Positions 1 to 14,855 of a stretch of 64,000 nucleotides of DNA are shown here, one piece after another. The translations under genes were made by a program, and so were the position numbers. A model generated the notes under the pieces. That model saw only the letters and a list, made by a program, of their open reading frames with translations, ran no database searches and had not been told where the DNA came from. Each line of letters begins with the position of its first letter. Within the stretch, counting starts at the first letter, position 1. The stretch is taken from assembly GCF_009914755.1 (NCBI RefSeq), contig NC_060941.1; one strand, given 5' to 3'. This DNA is from the human T2T-CHM13v2.0 reference genome, Homo sapiens.

Positions 1-553
1 TTTAGGAATATGTGTGGCAATCTTTTAGTCATACGTAAAAATAAATAGTTATTTCACTAATGCAATAGGCTATGAGTAGGAATAACTTTCAAAGACAAAA
101 AATTTTTTGTTTGAACTGTAATCCTGAGAAACTGTATGAAAGCTTATTTTGTAAATTGAGTCATTAAAATGTGGAAACAAGATTGGTTAATCTGCATAAT
201 TACCCTACAATTTAGGTAGCTAGGAAATCATCTGATTACCACACGCTATGTACACTAATTCAATGTGTACATTTTTGCTTTTTCCACTAGACTGTGAGAT
301 TTTTGGGAGCAGCGATCATGTTTTTTTTTTTTTTTTCATCTTTGAATTCTGGTTGCCATTTAGAAAATGTTCATTGTAATGAGCTGTGGATAAAGAGGGG
401 GTATTGTGGAAATGTCAAGGTGACCTTGAAATTGTTGGTGGGATGCAAACAGATGTGTCTCTGCTACAATGGTGTTCTGAGGTACACCATCATCAGGAAG
501 ACAGGCAGGGTTAGAAGAGGACAGCTGTAGAGGACACTGAGTAGACGAACTAG

Positions 554-1011
<458 letters not shown>

Positions 1012-1650
1012 TAAGAGGCGTATGGCAGAAGTTGTGGGTTTCAAGGAGAGTTTATTTTGTCTTGGTAAGATAGGATTGCCCATCTTTAAATGCTATTGAA
1101 AAGGAGCCAACATATATGGAGAAGTTAACAACTTGGAAGAGAAATGAAATAATCAAGATAACCAAGCCCATCAGAAGGATCAAAGGTTGGGTTTTAGAAT
1201 GCAGGTTGGGGACAGCACTTCTTCCTTTAGAATGGAATGAAGAGAATCTGTCCCTGGTTAGCTCCTAAGCCTAGAAGGAAGTCAAGAGCTCCCGTGTGCT
1301 GGCTATTCTGTGAAACAGGAAGATGTGTTTACCTGCATAGTGTTGGGGCAAATGACAGGGTTAAAATGTTGAAGGGCTTAAGAGGGTTTAAATAGTTCCT
1401 TTGGAAAATGAAGGCTGAATAAAGAAATTCAAGAGAGAGCTGGACAGCATCAGGCATGCCTTGAGGTTAGGGGCTTGAGGTTAGAGGTTAGGTGTTTTTA
1501 AGGCATCAACCTGTAAGACAGCATAATTTTCTCTAAGCAGGGAAAAAGGTGACATTTTGACTTATCTGGGTGGCTGGAACAGAAAACAAACAAACAAACA
1601 AAAAAAGCAAAAACATTAAACTTAGGGAGGTCAAGGTACTGACAAAGAAG

Positions 1651-2079
1651 TGTGAAAGGAAAATAAATATTGGGTCCCCAAAATCACTCAAGCTGGGAAC
1701 TGCTTAGGGCAAACCTGCCTCCCACTCTATTCAGAGTCACACCTCTGCTCACTGAGATAAATGCATATCTGATTATGTATTTGGAGCAGCTAATCAGAGG
1801 CTCAAAAGAATGCAACCATTTGTCTCTTATCTACCTATGACCTGGAAGCCCCTCCTTTAAGCTGTCCTACCTTTTTGGACTAAACCAATGTGTATGTTAC
1901 ACATATCAATTGATGTCTCATGTCTCCGTAAAATGTATTAACACCAAGCTGTGCCCCGACCACCTTTGGCACATGTCATCAGGACTTCCTGAGGCTGTGT
2001 CATGGGTGTATGTCCTCAACCTTGGCAAAATAAACGTTCTAAATTAACCGAGACCTGTCTCAGATTTTTGGGGTTCACA
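1651..2079 (+). mobile_element. Solo LTR, MER4A/MER4A1-like (ERV1)
   Basis: Starts tgtgaaaggaaaataaat, ends ggggttcaca; AATAAA near the 3' end; 4-bp TSD gaag at 1647-1650 and 2080-2083. Confidence 0.88.
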
Positions 2080-3085
2080 GAAGTCTCTGGGCTGGTGAAC
2101 AGTGAGCTGCATAGGGAAGGAAGTGAGGAAGGAGGGGCTTATGGGAATAAGTAAAGGCTCAAAGGGTTGGAGATTGTATGCAGGGGAAGTACAGGTAAAG
2201 AGAAGCACCCGAGAGGGAGCTAAAACTGTAGGCGTCCGTCCAAGAAGTATCGGTGGCATTTACTGTAATAAGGATGACATTTGACTGTGGGAACAAGGAG
2301 CTAATGAAGTGTGCAGGGAAAGGGGACTGGAGTGCTGAGAGTGTGGAGGAACCAAGAGGGCCGGGCATCAGAGGTGTCATCCCTGTGCCTATTGGAGACT
2401 CGCAGAGTGTTGGTAGGAACTGTGATGGCAATGAAGATGGAAAGCCACATGCCAAAGTCCTTGATGAAGGAAGAGTGGGTACTGGGGAGTGGATTGATGA
2501 GGACAACATGGCAGGGCAGAGGAGAGTCAAATGCAGGAACTTCAAAGGGAAAAGAGGTTTTACCCCAGGCAGATAAACTCATGGATTTGGAAGATCTGCA
2601 GAAGAAATTTTACCTCTGGGAGAATCAGGTCGTAATCACCACAGTGAGGCAGAGAAATATAGAGTAGAAAGGTTAAAGATGTAGGAGTTTATTTTGCTAT
2701 GGGATTACCCCCATGGAAGAATGGATTTCATCTAATCATTCAGGAAAGATATTTTTGGGGGGCTTACTATTCTAGAAACTGGGTATACAGAAGTAAACAA
2801 AATAAGCTAATTTACAGTATCCATAAAGTTTTTACATTCTAGTTGGAGGGAGATAGAGGAAAATCACATAGAATGATATTCAAATACACAGACATACCTA
2901 CCTACAATCCTCTTGCTGTTTTGCTAATTGTAGCAAAGTAATATTGTATATATACTGCATATTCATAAATTGCACGTTATCTTACTAACTTGGATAAACT
3001 TAGTCTTTATTAGATGTTAATAGGAGTTGCAAAAGAAGAGAACTTGCAAAAAAAGAGAACTTTGTCAAAAGGATGTTTGGATTTA

Positions 3086-3453
<368 letters not shown>

Positions 3454-3494
3454 AGAATAAGAGATGGCTGACCTGTACACAATATGCCAAGTGG

Positions 3495-3911
3495 TGTGTT
3501 GGCCAGTTTTTGCATTACTGTAAAGAAATACCTGAGACTGGGTAATATATATAGAAAAGAGGTTTATTTGGCCCATGCTTCTGCAGGCTGTACAGGAAGA
3601 ATGGTGCCAGCTTCTGCTTCTGGTGAGGCCTCAGGAAGCTTACCATTATGGCAGAAGGAAAAGGGGAAGTTGGTGTATCACACAGCCAGAGCAGGAAAAG
3701 GAGAGAGGGAGCAGGGCCCACACACTTTTAAACAACCAGATCTCATGTGAACTCAGAGTGAGAACTCACTCATCACCAAGGGGGTGGTGATAATCCATTC
3801 ATAAGAGATTCACCCCCATGATCTGAACACCTCCCACCAGGTCCTACCTCCAACACTGGATACTACATTTTATCATGAGATTTGGAGGGGACAAATATCC
3901 AAACCGCATCA
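3495..3911 (-). mobile_element. Solo LTR, MSTB-like (ERVL-MaLR)
   Basis: Contains aaagaaatacctgagactgggtaat and tggtgaggcctcaggaagcttac, and ends acaaatatccaaaccgcatca; ~415 bp. Confidence 0.88.
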
Positions 3912-3927
3912 GGTAGAGATGAGTTTA

Positions 3928-4354
<427 letters not shown>

Positions 4355-4576
4355 CTAGGAAGAGTCTGTCAGGCAGAAGACACAACACAGAGTTGCAGAG
4401 GTGGCTTTGAGTGAGTGGTAATCTGTGGAAGAGGTGTCTAATGACAGGAAAGTACAGATAATCCTGCGGAGAAGATGAGGAAGGCTAGATAACTAGAAAG
4501 CCTTCGGTCTTGAGTATTGATCTAAAATGGGGAAGTGAATATAGTGAACTGTAAGATTTTTTATATTCAAAAATGC

Positions 4577-4934
4577 TGCAGCCACAAAAAAGAATGTCCT
4601 TTGCAGGGACATGGATGAAGCTGGAAACCATCATCCTCAGCAAACTAACACAGGAACAGAAAACCAAATACCGCATGTTCTCACTCATAAGTGGGAGCTA
4701 AACAACGAGAACACATGGACACAGGGAGGGGAACATCACACACCGGGGCCCGTCGGAGGGTAGGAGGAAAGGGGAGGGAGAGTATTAGGACAAATACTTA
4801 ATGCATGCGGAGCTTAAAATCTAGATGATGGGTTGATGGGTGCGGCAAACCACCATGACACATGTATCCCTATGTAACAAACCTGCATGTTCAGCACATG
4901 TATCCCAGAACTTAAAGGAAAAGGAAAAAAAAAA
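4577..4934 (+). mobile_element. L1PA 3' end fragment (mid-age L1PA), 5'-truncated
   Basis: Matches the end of L1 ORF2 and the 3'UTR (gggacatggatgaagctggaaaccatc...tatgtaacaaacctgcatgtt...cccagaactta), followed by an A tail. Confidence 0.93.
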
Positions 4935-5919
4935 TACTGGAAGCCATTGCCCCAAATGCTGAGTTCTAAGCAGAAAACTTGCAAGTTAGAATCCTGAGGA
5001 CTCCAAGGTTAAGGCAGCACATGGATATTCAGTTGCCTTCTCTCTAGACTCCAGAGTCCCTGCAGAAGTCTGGCAAAGATAGCCTGGTCTGATCATCTTC
5101 AGAATCTAAACACACCTCATTTACATAACTACTCACTGTAGGTTGTTTTCAGTTGCCTTCTAAGATTGAAAATGCTAAGGCTTCCCCAGGTTTCAATATT
5201 ACTTGGTCATTTTTTTTGGTAAGAATCTGACAGGTCAGTAGTTAGATGACCAAATGTTTGAAGAAAGAGTTACTGAAAGGTGATATGGTTGGATTGGTGC
5301 TTTAAGTTGAAGACTGTGGACATAATGGGTAGAATAAGAATCCCCGAATAATGGTTGTGATTGTGAAAATGGAAAGTAGATGATAACCTTAAAGAATTTG
5401 TGAAGTTGAAGAAAGTGGAGCATTTGCTGGAAAGCACTTCCTCAAAATCTTGCATCTCAAAGGAGTACTGGTTCTGCCTGACAGAACAGCATTGACCTCC
5501 ACCTGAAAGAGCAGGCCTGACTCAGTGCGTCTCTGGTCCCCACACTGCAGTCACAGTGTGGACATTCTTTTGCAGTGTGTGGTAGCTCCCCCAGGGCAGT
5601 GGGCCTGAAGAGACTTGGGGGTAAGTGGTCAGGATTGCTTCCTGCAACAGTGAGAGGTCCTGACTCATGGGCTCTGGATCCCCTCTGACTAATGATCTGC
5701 AACTGACCCTCTGCTTGTTCTCTAGCAGGTCCATTCAAGGCAGGAATTGTAATTTCCTAGGACACAATGCTAGGTGAAAGGGTTCATTGTGTCACCAAGA
5801 ATGACACAGTAATTTAAGCCTGGGAATGCCATTTATTCAAACTCCTCATTTCCTAAATGAGCTCAGATTAGAACAATCTCTTAAAGAACAATTTTAGAAA
5901 TGTTGATGTTTTTCTTTTT

Positions 5920-5950
<31 letters not shown>

Positions 5951-7649
5951 CAGGGGGTGGGTGAGTGAGTAGGATGGAGGTGGCCATGGAAAGAAAGGAG
6001 AGGAGGAGGCTTTCCATAACCATGACTTGAAATGACCGAGTCAGAAGGTTATGGCTGTTAGGAGGAGTTAGGACCAAGAAACATGCACTTTCTGCCAGTG
6101 GGGTCCAAAGTATTCTGCATATCTCAGACAAGTGCAAACCTGCCTTGCCTTTCTCTCTGTCTCCCTAGGAGGTACTGTTTGTGTGACAAAGAGAGTTGTC
6201 AGTAATCCAGCAGACACCCTCTTGTACTGCATTGAAATCCAGCACATTCCTCCCTACAGTAGGAAGGACAGACTGGGCTTGGTTTGGGGTTTATTAACCA
6301 TCTTGAACTATTTTCCAAATGTTTTAGGTTCGAAAAAACCTGAATCACATTGGGCCACAGCCACTTTTTCTTCTTCGCTATTAAGCCTATGTGTATTTTA
6401 TGGGAAATGTAATCCATATGTTTCTGATTCCTTTACACTTAACTCATCAAGCAGGATTTGTTAAAGCTATTTCATGCCCTGGATGCCTTTTGAGCCGTTT
6501 CCTTGTGACTTTCAAAGCCTTTTATTCTCCAGAAATAGGAAGTTACATTTTATGAAATGTAAATGAGCTTGAACCCCCAAAGGTCTTATTTGGGTCAGAA
6601 TTTGGAACACTTGGGATCAGTAAGAAGCATGCTCTATTCCACTCTTTCAGAGGAATTTCAGCTCAGGGAATACTTTTACACTTTTCAATGCATAAAATTG
6701 GCTAAACTTTAATTAAGATGTACTTGGGAGAAAAAAAAAGCAAAAAAAATTTCATTGTAAGAGCACATATCATTAATGAAAAGGGGTAAATATTTCTGAA
6801 TAAATAAAAGCTACCTCAGCTAAATTACCATAAAATAAAATAAACCGAAACAACCAAATACGTCTCCGAACATCACTAACTATGATCCTGTTGCTAAATT
6901 GCTGTTTTAATTTTGTGGCCCTAAAGTGAATCTCCAGTAAATATTTTTTCAATACCTCCCACCAGAACAATTAAAATAATTTTCCAGGAGCAAAGCTGTT
7001 TTCATGTCTTGGCAAAATATCCTGTTGTCTGAGAGCTCCTATTCTTCAGCAGTAGAAGTTTGCAATTAAAAAAATTAAAGAAATGCATAATCTAAAAATT
7101 CTCTCCTCTCCTCTAATTCTAGGAAGAAATTCCATGTTGGGTGTGACATAATAAAACAGGCTCAATTCCGAGCCTTTGCAATTGTTTCTTTTTCTGCCTG
7201 GATTAATCTTCCCTACGATCATGAATCTGTCTCCTCTGTTATCTCTTCACTGAGGCCGGCTCTAACTGTCTGGACTGAAAGAACTCTCCCAATTCTCCTT
7301 TTGTTACTCTCTACTCCATTTATCCGTTTTACATTTTTCACAGGAATTAGCATCATCTACCATTGCTTAATGTCATTTGTGCACTTATATTTTCTTTTCT
7401 CAATGAGAATCTAAACACATCCCTGTATCCCGTTACTAAAACGTTAGCTGACAAATGGCAAGCACTCAATCAATGTTTACTAAATTTAATTGCAACAATT
7501 TGTTCAACACCTATTGACACGTATTATGCACCAGGTTTTATGCTAGATATCAGAGATACAATGAAATATAAAACCAAGTTCCTGTTCTCAAGAACCTCCC
7601 ATCTTGAGGACAGAGAATATAAGTCAATTACTCTAGTGGTGTGTGGTAA

Positions 7650-8194
7650 TTTTACTGGGGTCCTAATCCAGACCCCAAAAGAGGGTTCTTGGATCTCCTG
7701 CAAGAAAGAATTCAGGGAAAATCCATAGAGTAAAGTGAAAGCAAGTTTATTAAGAAAGTGAAGGAATAAAAGAATGTCTGTTCCATAGACAGAGAAGCCC
7801 AGAGGGCTGCTGGTTGCCCTGGTTATTTGTTGATTATATGCTAAACAAGGGGTGGTGGATTATTTATGCCTCCCCTTTTAAAACCATATAGGGTAACTTC
7901 CTGATGTTGCTATGGCATTTGTAAACTGTCATGGCGCCGGTGGGAGTGTAGTAGTGAGGACAACCAGCGGTTACTCTCGTGGCCATATTGGTTTTGGTGG
8001 GTTTTGGCTGGCTTCTTTACTGCAACCTGTTTTATCAGCAAGGTCTTTATGACCTGTACCTTGTGCCAACCTTCTGTCTCATTCTGTGACTTAGAATGCC
8101 TTAACCATCTGGGAGTACAGCCCAGTAGGTCTCAGCCTCATTTTACCCACCTCCTATTCAAGATGGAGTTGCTCTGGTTCACATGCCTCTGACA
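7650..8194 (-). mobile_element. Solo LTR MER41A (ERV1)
   Basis: Reverse complement begins tgtcagaggcatgtgaaccagagcaactccatcttg. 4-bp TSD gtaa at 7646-7649 and 8195-8198. Lacks the tandem-GAS segment found in MER41B. Confidence 0.9.
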
Positions 8195-9179
8195 GTAAGC
8201 TAAAGTTTGCTTGAGAAAAGTGAATTGAAAAAGCCTAGTTATTTTATTGCATAATTAGAATAAGAGGTATCAGAAGCACATTTATCAAAGCTACCAGATA
8301 GGAATTAACTTCTTCTAGGATAAAATACATTGTTGTATTTATCACCCTAATGTAGTTTGGAAAAAGCCTACCTTATTGTGCAATATAAATCAAGACTTAA
8401 GAGAAACTGTAGAGGATACTAGTTAAGGGAACTTAAACACATTTTTTTCCTTGATTTTATAGGTAGGTTTTCAAATGGGAAATGAATTGTTTACGTTCAT
8501 TTGCAAAATGAAGAGAAGGGAAAGAAAAGGCGCTAAGGCTAGACTCACAAAAGCCGAATTCTCATGTGAAGTCCAGCCTTGTGGCTACCCATAAAGCAGT
8601 GGCATTCCAGGTTTATCAAAGCCTGAAAATAAAATACAACTATCCAGAACGTATTGGTAAGAGGAGATGTTAATCTTGATCCTCAGGTTCAAATAGAAAA
8701 ACACCTTCCAAGTTGAAACTCTTCCCTGCCTTTTCAAGCCAGAAGAGTCCACATTGGTGTCTATACAACTTGATTGAATAATTGACAACTCTCATCTCTG
8801 CACTTTGCCCTTTAGATTTTCTCACACGCCTTGCCAAACCAACATCTTGGGAACATGGACACCACAAACTTTTTAAAATGGAAATATGTGGACTCCCATA
8901 GAAGACGTGCTACAAGCACATAAAACTGACTATGACTAAAAGCTTTCTGAGAACAGAAACCAAGTTGGAGCTCACCTTTCTCGCATTTCTATCCACAGTA
9001 ATTCCTACTCAAAGTCAGTTAAGGGAATTTAATTGCCAATTAAATTAGTGCCTTTTCTCACCTGTAAGAGGTCACTTGCATTATTTTTAGTATATTTGGA
9101 AATGAAGGCATAGAAACATACACCAGGCTTCCAGGTTACTTGGCGACAAGGTTTTTTTTTCCTAAAATTTCTAGGAATA

Positions 9180-12100
9180 GGCTACCTCCATGTCTGTAAT
9201 GGGGGTAACATCAGCGTGAATGGAAGAGTAAAGATTTCTAAAAATCTGCTTCTCTATAAAAACAATAAGAACACTGGCAAAATTTCCAAAATCAGCTTTT
9301 CCAGACCTGGGAAACCTCGCAGAAATCCAAGGAGCATTTACTCAGAAAAAAACCTGCTGCATCTCTTGGAAAAACAGCAATCTATGTGCAGTTGTAAGTT
9401 ACCCTGTGAAATCCTCTCCTCCAGGATTTACAGCAGCATTGAAAACATAGCCCTGCAATCATGGTGACAACTAGCAGCCTAGAAACCACTAGAAGGGGAA
9501 GAATGAGTGTGGAGCTCCCCTAAACCCCAATCCCTGAGCTTTATTTGATTCTGTAGGGCAGTACACTGGAAGTGCAATTGACAGCACTTGTTTTTATTTG
9601 ACCTGACTCAAAGCTTGGCCAGTGTGAAAGGCCTTTTTCTCAAGGCATTTGTTGAAAACAATCAGCAGTAATTACTCATCATTGCAGATGCCTGAGGCAT
9701 TGATAACAGTTGGGCCAAACAAGGAGCTGAATTAAAAAGAAAAAGAAAAGCTGGAAAATGAGATATCCATGGAGACTTGGAAGACCTCCAACATATTTCT
9801 GAGACTCTAGGAGGCGATAGGTCTACATAGAATTTTGTAAATTTCCAGAAAATTTCTTAGAAAGTCTGAGTTCTCACTTCTGGCTTACTTGGAGACTCTA
9901 TGCAAGCAGGAAGTGAAGATTAAGTCAGAGTTGTAAAATGCCAAAGTGAGCTGCAATGACTATACTGATATCAGAGTGAGCTGTAACGACTATACTAATA
10001 TCAGACAAAATGTGCCTTAAGACTAACTGTCATTAGTGACAAAGAAGGATACTTTTTAATGATAAAAGAGTTAATCAAGAAGACATGCTAGGTATAAACA
10101 TATGTGTACTGAACAACAGAGTTCCAAAATGCATGAGGCAAATACTGAGAGAATTGAAGGAAGACATAAATAGTTCAACGTTAATAGTTGGAGACATTGA
10201 TATTTCACTTTTAATAATGGCTAGAATAACTGGACAGAGACCAGTAAAAAATAGAATGTCTGAATAGCAAAGCTAAAAGAGATCTATATAGCTAGCACCC
10301 TACCCAAAAACTTGAGATTACATTCTTCTCATGTGCAGAAGGTACATTCCCCAAGATGAATCATGTGTGAAGCCATAAAATGTCTCAATAAATGTAAAAA
10401 AATTAAAATTATACAAAGCATGTTCTCTGATCATAAGAAAATGAAATGGGAAGTTAATAACAAAAGGAAATTTTGGAAAATTAAACAACACTCTTAAATA
10501 ACCAACACTCTTAAATAACCAAAAAGCCAAAAGAGAAAGCATAAAGAACATAAATTATTTTTACAAATGAGAACAAAACCACAACACACTAAAACTTACA
10601 GAATGCAGCTATTACAGTCATTTAGAAGGAAATTGATAGTGGTAAATGCCTATATTAAGAAATAATAAAGATCGCAAATCAATAGCCTGATTTTCTCCTT
10701 TTAGAAGCTAATAATACAAAAGCAAATTAAATGCAAAGTAAACAGAAAGAAAGAAATGAAAATGATTGAAGTAGAAGTAAATAGAGAATAGAAAAACAAT
10801 AGAGGACATAAATAAAATCAAAAGTAGGTTATTTGGAAAAATCAACAACATTGACAAAGTTTAGGTAGGCTGACCAAGAAAAACAGGGAGAAAATGTAAA
10901 TGATCAAAATCAGGTATGAATGGGAGTACTTACTACTGAACCTAGAGAAATAAAAAGAATATAAGCAGTTGTATGTCAACAAATTCCTAGAAAGACAAAA
11001 ACTACCTAAACTGACTTGAGAAGAAATAGAAAAGCTAAATATACTTATAACAATAAAGTGACTATTAGTAATAACAAATTTTTCACAAGAAAACCCTGGG
11101 ACATGATGACAAGAATGACTGATGAATCCTACCAAGTGTTTAAAAAAGAATGAATATCAATCCTTCACAACCTCTTTCAAGAAACATAGGAGGAGGAGAC
11201 ATTGCCCAGCGCCTTCGATGAGGGCATTATACCAAATACCAAAACCACACAAAGCATCACAAGGAAATAAAACTGCAGACCATATCCCTTATTAATATAA
11301 TTGCAGAAATACTCAACAAAATACTAGCAAACCAATCCAGCAATATATAAAAAAGATTGTATGACATGATCAAGTGAGATTTATCTCAGGAATGCAAGGG
11401 GGATCACAAAATGAAAATCAGTATGTAATAGGCCAAACTAATAAAATAAAAGAAAACTTCTTTACATGGTCATTTCAATTGATGCAGAAAGAGCACTTGG
11501 CAAAATTCAACAACTATTTATGTTAAAAAAACACACACACACACAAAAAACACTCAAACTAGGAAGAGTAAGGGACTTCCTCACTCTGATAAAACTTCCG
11601 ATTAACATCATACTTCATGAAAAAAGAATGAAATCTTTTTCCCAAATATCAGAAACAGACAAGGATATCTACTCTTGTCACTTCTATTTAACATACAGAA
11701 AGTTTTAGTGAGGGTAATTAGGCAATTTTTAAAAAGCATCCATTTTAGAAAGGGTAAATAAAACTGTACTTGCAGACAACACGATCTTGTATATAGAAAA
11801 TTCTAAGGTATCTAATAAAAGGCTATTAGAGGTAATAAATGAGTCCAGAAATGTTGCAGGGTACATCAATATATGAAAATCAGCTGTGCTTCCATATAAT
11901 AGAAATGAATAATTCAAAAATGAAATTCAGAAAATAATTCCATTTATGACAACATTAAAAAGAATAAAACAATTAGAAATAAATTAAGCAAAAGAACTGT
12001 AAAACTTGTTTACTGCAAACTATAAAACATTGTTGAAATAAATTAAATAATACCTAAATACATGGGCAGATGTCCTGTGTTCATAGATTAGAAGAAAACA

Positions 12101-14049
12101 TTTTTAAGATGTCAGTGCTTCCCAAATTGATCTATAGATGATATACAATCACTCTGAAGATCCTAGCTACCATTATTTTTAGAATTTGTCAAGTGAATCC
12201 TCAAATTTATATGGGAATGCAAGGCACCCTGACTAGACAAAAAATTTTGAAAAAGAAGAACAAAGCTGCAGGAATCAAACTTCCCAATTTCAAAACTTAT
12301 TACAAACTACAATCAAAAAAAGGAAGTGGTAGCCTAATGAGAGACATATAAATCAATGGAATAGATTTTAAAGCCCAGAAATAATCCTTTATATTTATGG
12401 TCAATTTTTGACAAGAGTGCCAAGATAATTCAATGAAGAAAGAATAGATTTTTCAAAAAAATAGCTCTGGGAAAAGTTGTACTCCTACCTTATGCCATGT
12501 ATTAGTCTGTTCTTACGCTGCTAATAAAGACATACCTGAGACTGGGTAATTTATAAAGGAGAAGAGTTTTAATAGACTCACAGTTCCACATGGCTGGGGA
12601 GTCCTCACACCATCATGGCAGAAGGCAGAGGAGGAGCAAAGGCACATCTTACATTGAGTCAGGCAAAAGGCTTGTGCAGGGGAACTTCCATTTATAAAAC
12701 CATCAGAACTTGTAAGACGTATTCACTATCACAAGAACAGTATACAGAAAACCACCCCTGTGATTTGGTTATCTTCACGTGGCCCCACGTGGGGATTGCA
12801 CGTGGGGATTATTGCAATTCAAGGTGAGATTTGGGTGGGGACACAGCCAAACCATTTCATACCATATACAAAAATTCACCCCAAATGGCTCAAATACTTA
12901 ATTGTGAAAACTAAATTTATTAAACTCTTAGAAAAAAAGTATAAATCTTTTTCACCTTGGATTAGACAACTGATTTTAGATATGATACCAAAAGTTCAGG
13001 CAACAACAACAACAAAATAGATGAATTGGACTTCATTAAAATTGAGACTTTTGTGTTTCAAAGGATATCATCAAGACAGTGAAAAGGCAATCCACTGAAC
13101 AGAAGAAAATATTTGCAAATTATGTATATCAAAAGGGACAAACATGCAGAATATGTAAAGAATTCCTGCAACTCAACAATAAAAATATAAAAATCCCAAT
13201 TTAAAAATAGACAAATGGACAAAGTATTTGAATAGATATTTCTACAAAGAAGATATATAAATGGCCAATAAACATGAAAAAATGTTCAACATCATTAGTC
13301 AGTAGGGAAATGCAAATCAAAGCCATAATGAGACACCCCTTCAAACCCACTAGAATGATTATAATTGTTTTTTTTTTAAAAGGAAAATAACAATTGTTGG
13401 TGAAGATATAAAGAAATTGGAACTCATATACTGCAGGTGGAAATGTAAAATAGTACAGCTGCTATGGAAAACACTGTGGTGGTTCCTCAAAAATTTAAAT
13501 ATGAAGTTACCAGATGATTCAGCAATGTCACTCCTAAGTATATACCCAAGAGAACTGAAAAACATGTCAACGCAAAAATTTGGACATGAATGTTTGTAGC
13601 AGCATTATTTATATAGCCAAAAAACTAGGAAGAACCAAAATGTCCATCAATGGATCAACAGATAAACAAAATGTGCTATGTCCATACAATGGGATTATTC
13701 AGTCATAACAAGAAGTACTGACACATGCTGCACCATGAACCGACCTTGAAAACATTGTGCTAAGTGAAAGAAGCCAGGCACAAATGGTTATACATTCTGA
13801 GTCCACTGATGTGAAATCTCCAGAATATTCCAACCCTTTGAGACAGAAAGATTAATGTTTGTTAGGGGTTGAGGTAGGGGAAAATGGGGAACTACTGCTC
13901 ATGAGTACAGTGCTTATTTAGGGGGTGATAGAAACGTTCTGGAATTAGACATTGGTGTTGGTTGCACCATTTTGTGAAAATACTAAAAAAGCACTAAACT
14001 ATATAGTTTAATGGGTGAATTTCATGATATGTGAATTATATCTCAAAAA
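9180..14049 (+). mobile_element. Old L1 (L1M4-type 5' region joined to ORF2 and an L1MB-type 3'UTR); ORF1 absent; THE1C inserted
   Basis: Degenerate ORF2 pieces in the ORF track (IVGDIDISL at 10085; MVISIDAERA at 11466; CRWKCKIVQLLWKTLW at 13417). L1MB-like 3' end: gggggtgatagaaacgttctggaattaga...tgtgaattatatctc. Confidence 0.85.
12498..12859 (-). mobile_element. Solo LTR THE1C (ERVL-MaLR) nested in the L1
   Basis: tgtattagtctgttcttacgctgctaataaagacatacc...gggacacagccaaaccatttca; 5-bp TSD tgcca/tacca. Confidence 0.92.
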
Positions 14050-14464
14050 TGTAACTTGTCAATTACTCAAAAGCTTTCAGGCTTGGTAGTAAGAGCTTTT
14101 TTTGCATACTTTGGTTCATACTATTGTTATTCTTACATAATGCAGGAAATTTTTGTCATGACACCTCCTAGAACAATTCTTTTGTTAATGACTCAATTCC
14201 CATTGGAGAACTATTAAAGAGGAAATGAAAAATGATGTGTTTTATTTAAGAAATAATACTACTCATTATTCATTGTCTTCTTTCTGGATTTTCTCAGTGC
14301 TTGAACATGAAAGACAGAGAATTGACCAGAAGCAAGCGTCCTTAGAGTGGGGTAGTCATATTTGAGAAATGTGCTACAGGGATCTAGGTATGGTGTTCTT
14401 TCAAGACTCAGCCTCTGCAGTCTTGAGAAAGGGCTGGCATATGTTTTGAGAAGAAAATGTGTAG

Positions 14465-14855
<391 letters not shown>

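Noticed and set aside
7650-8194. MER41 as an interferon-inducible (STAT1) enhancer
   Set aside because: The element strand reads AAAAGGGGAGG-CATAAATAATCC, lacking the tandem TTCCGGGAA/TTCCCGGAA GAS segment of MER41B, so it is the MER41A type.
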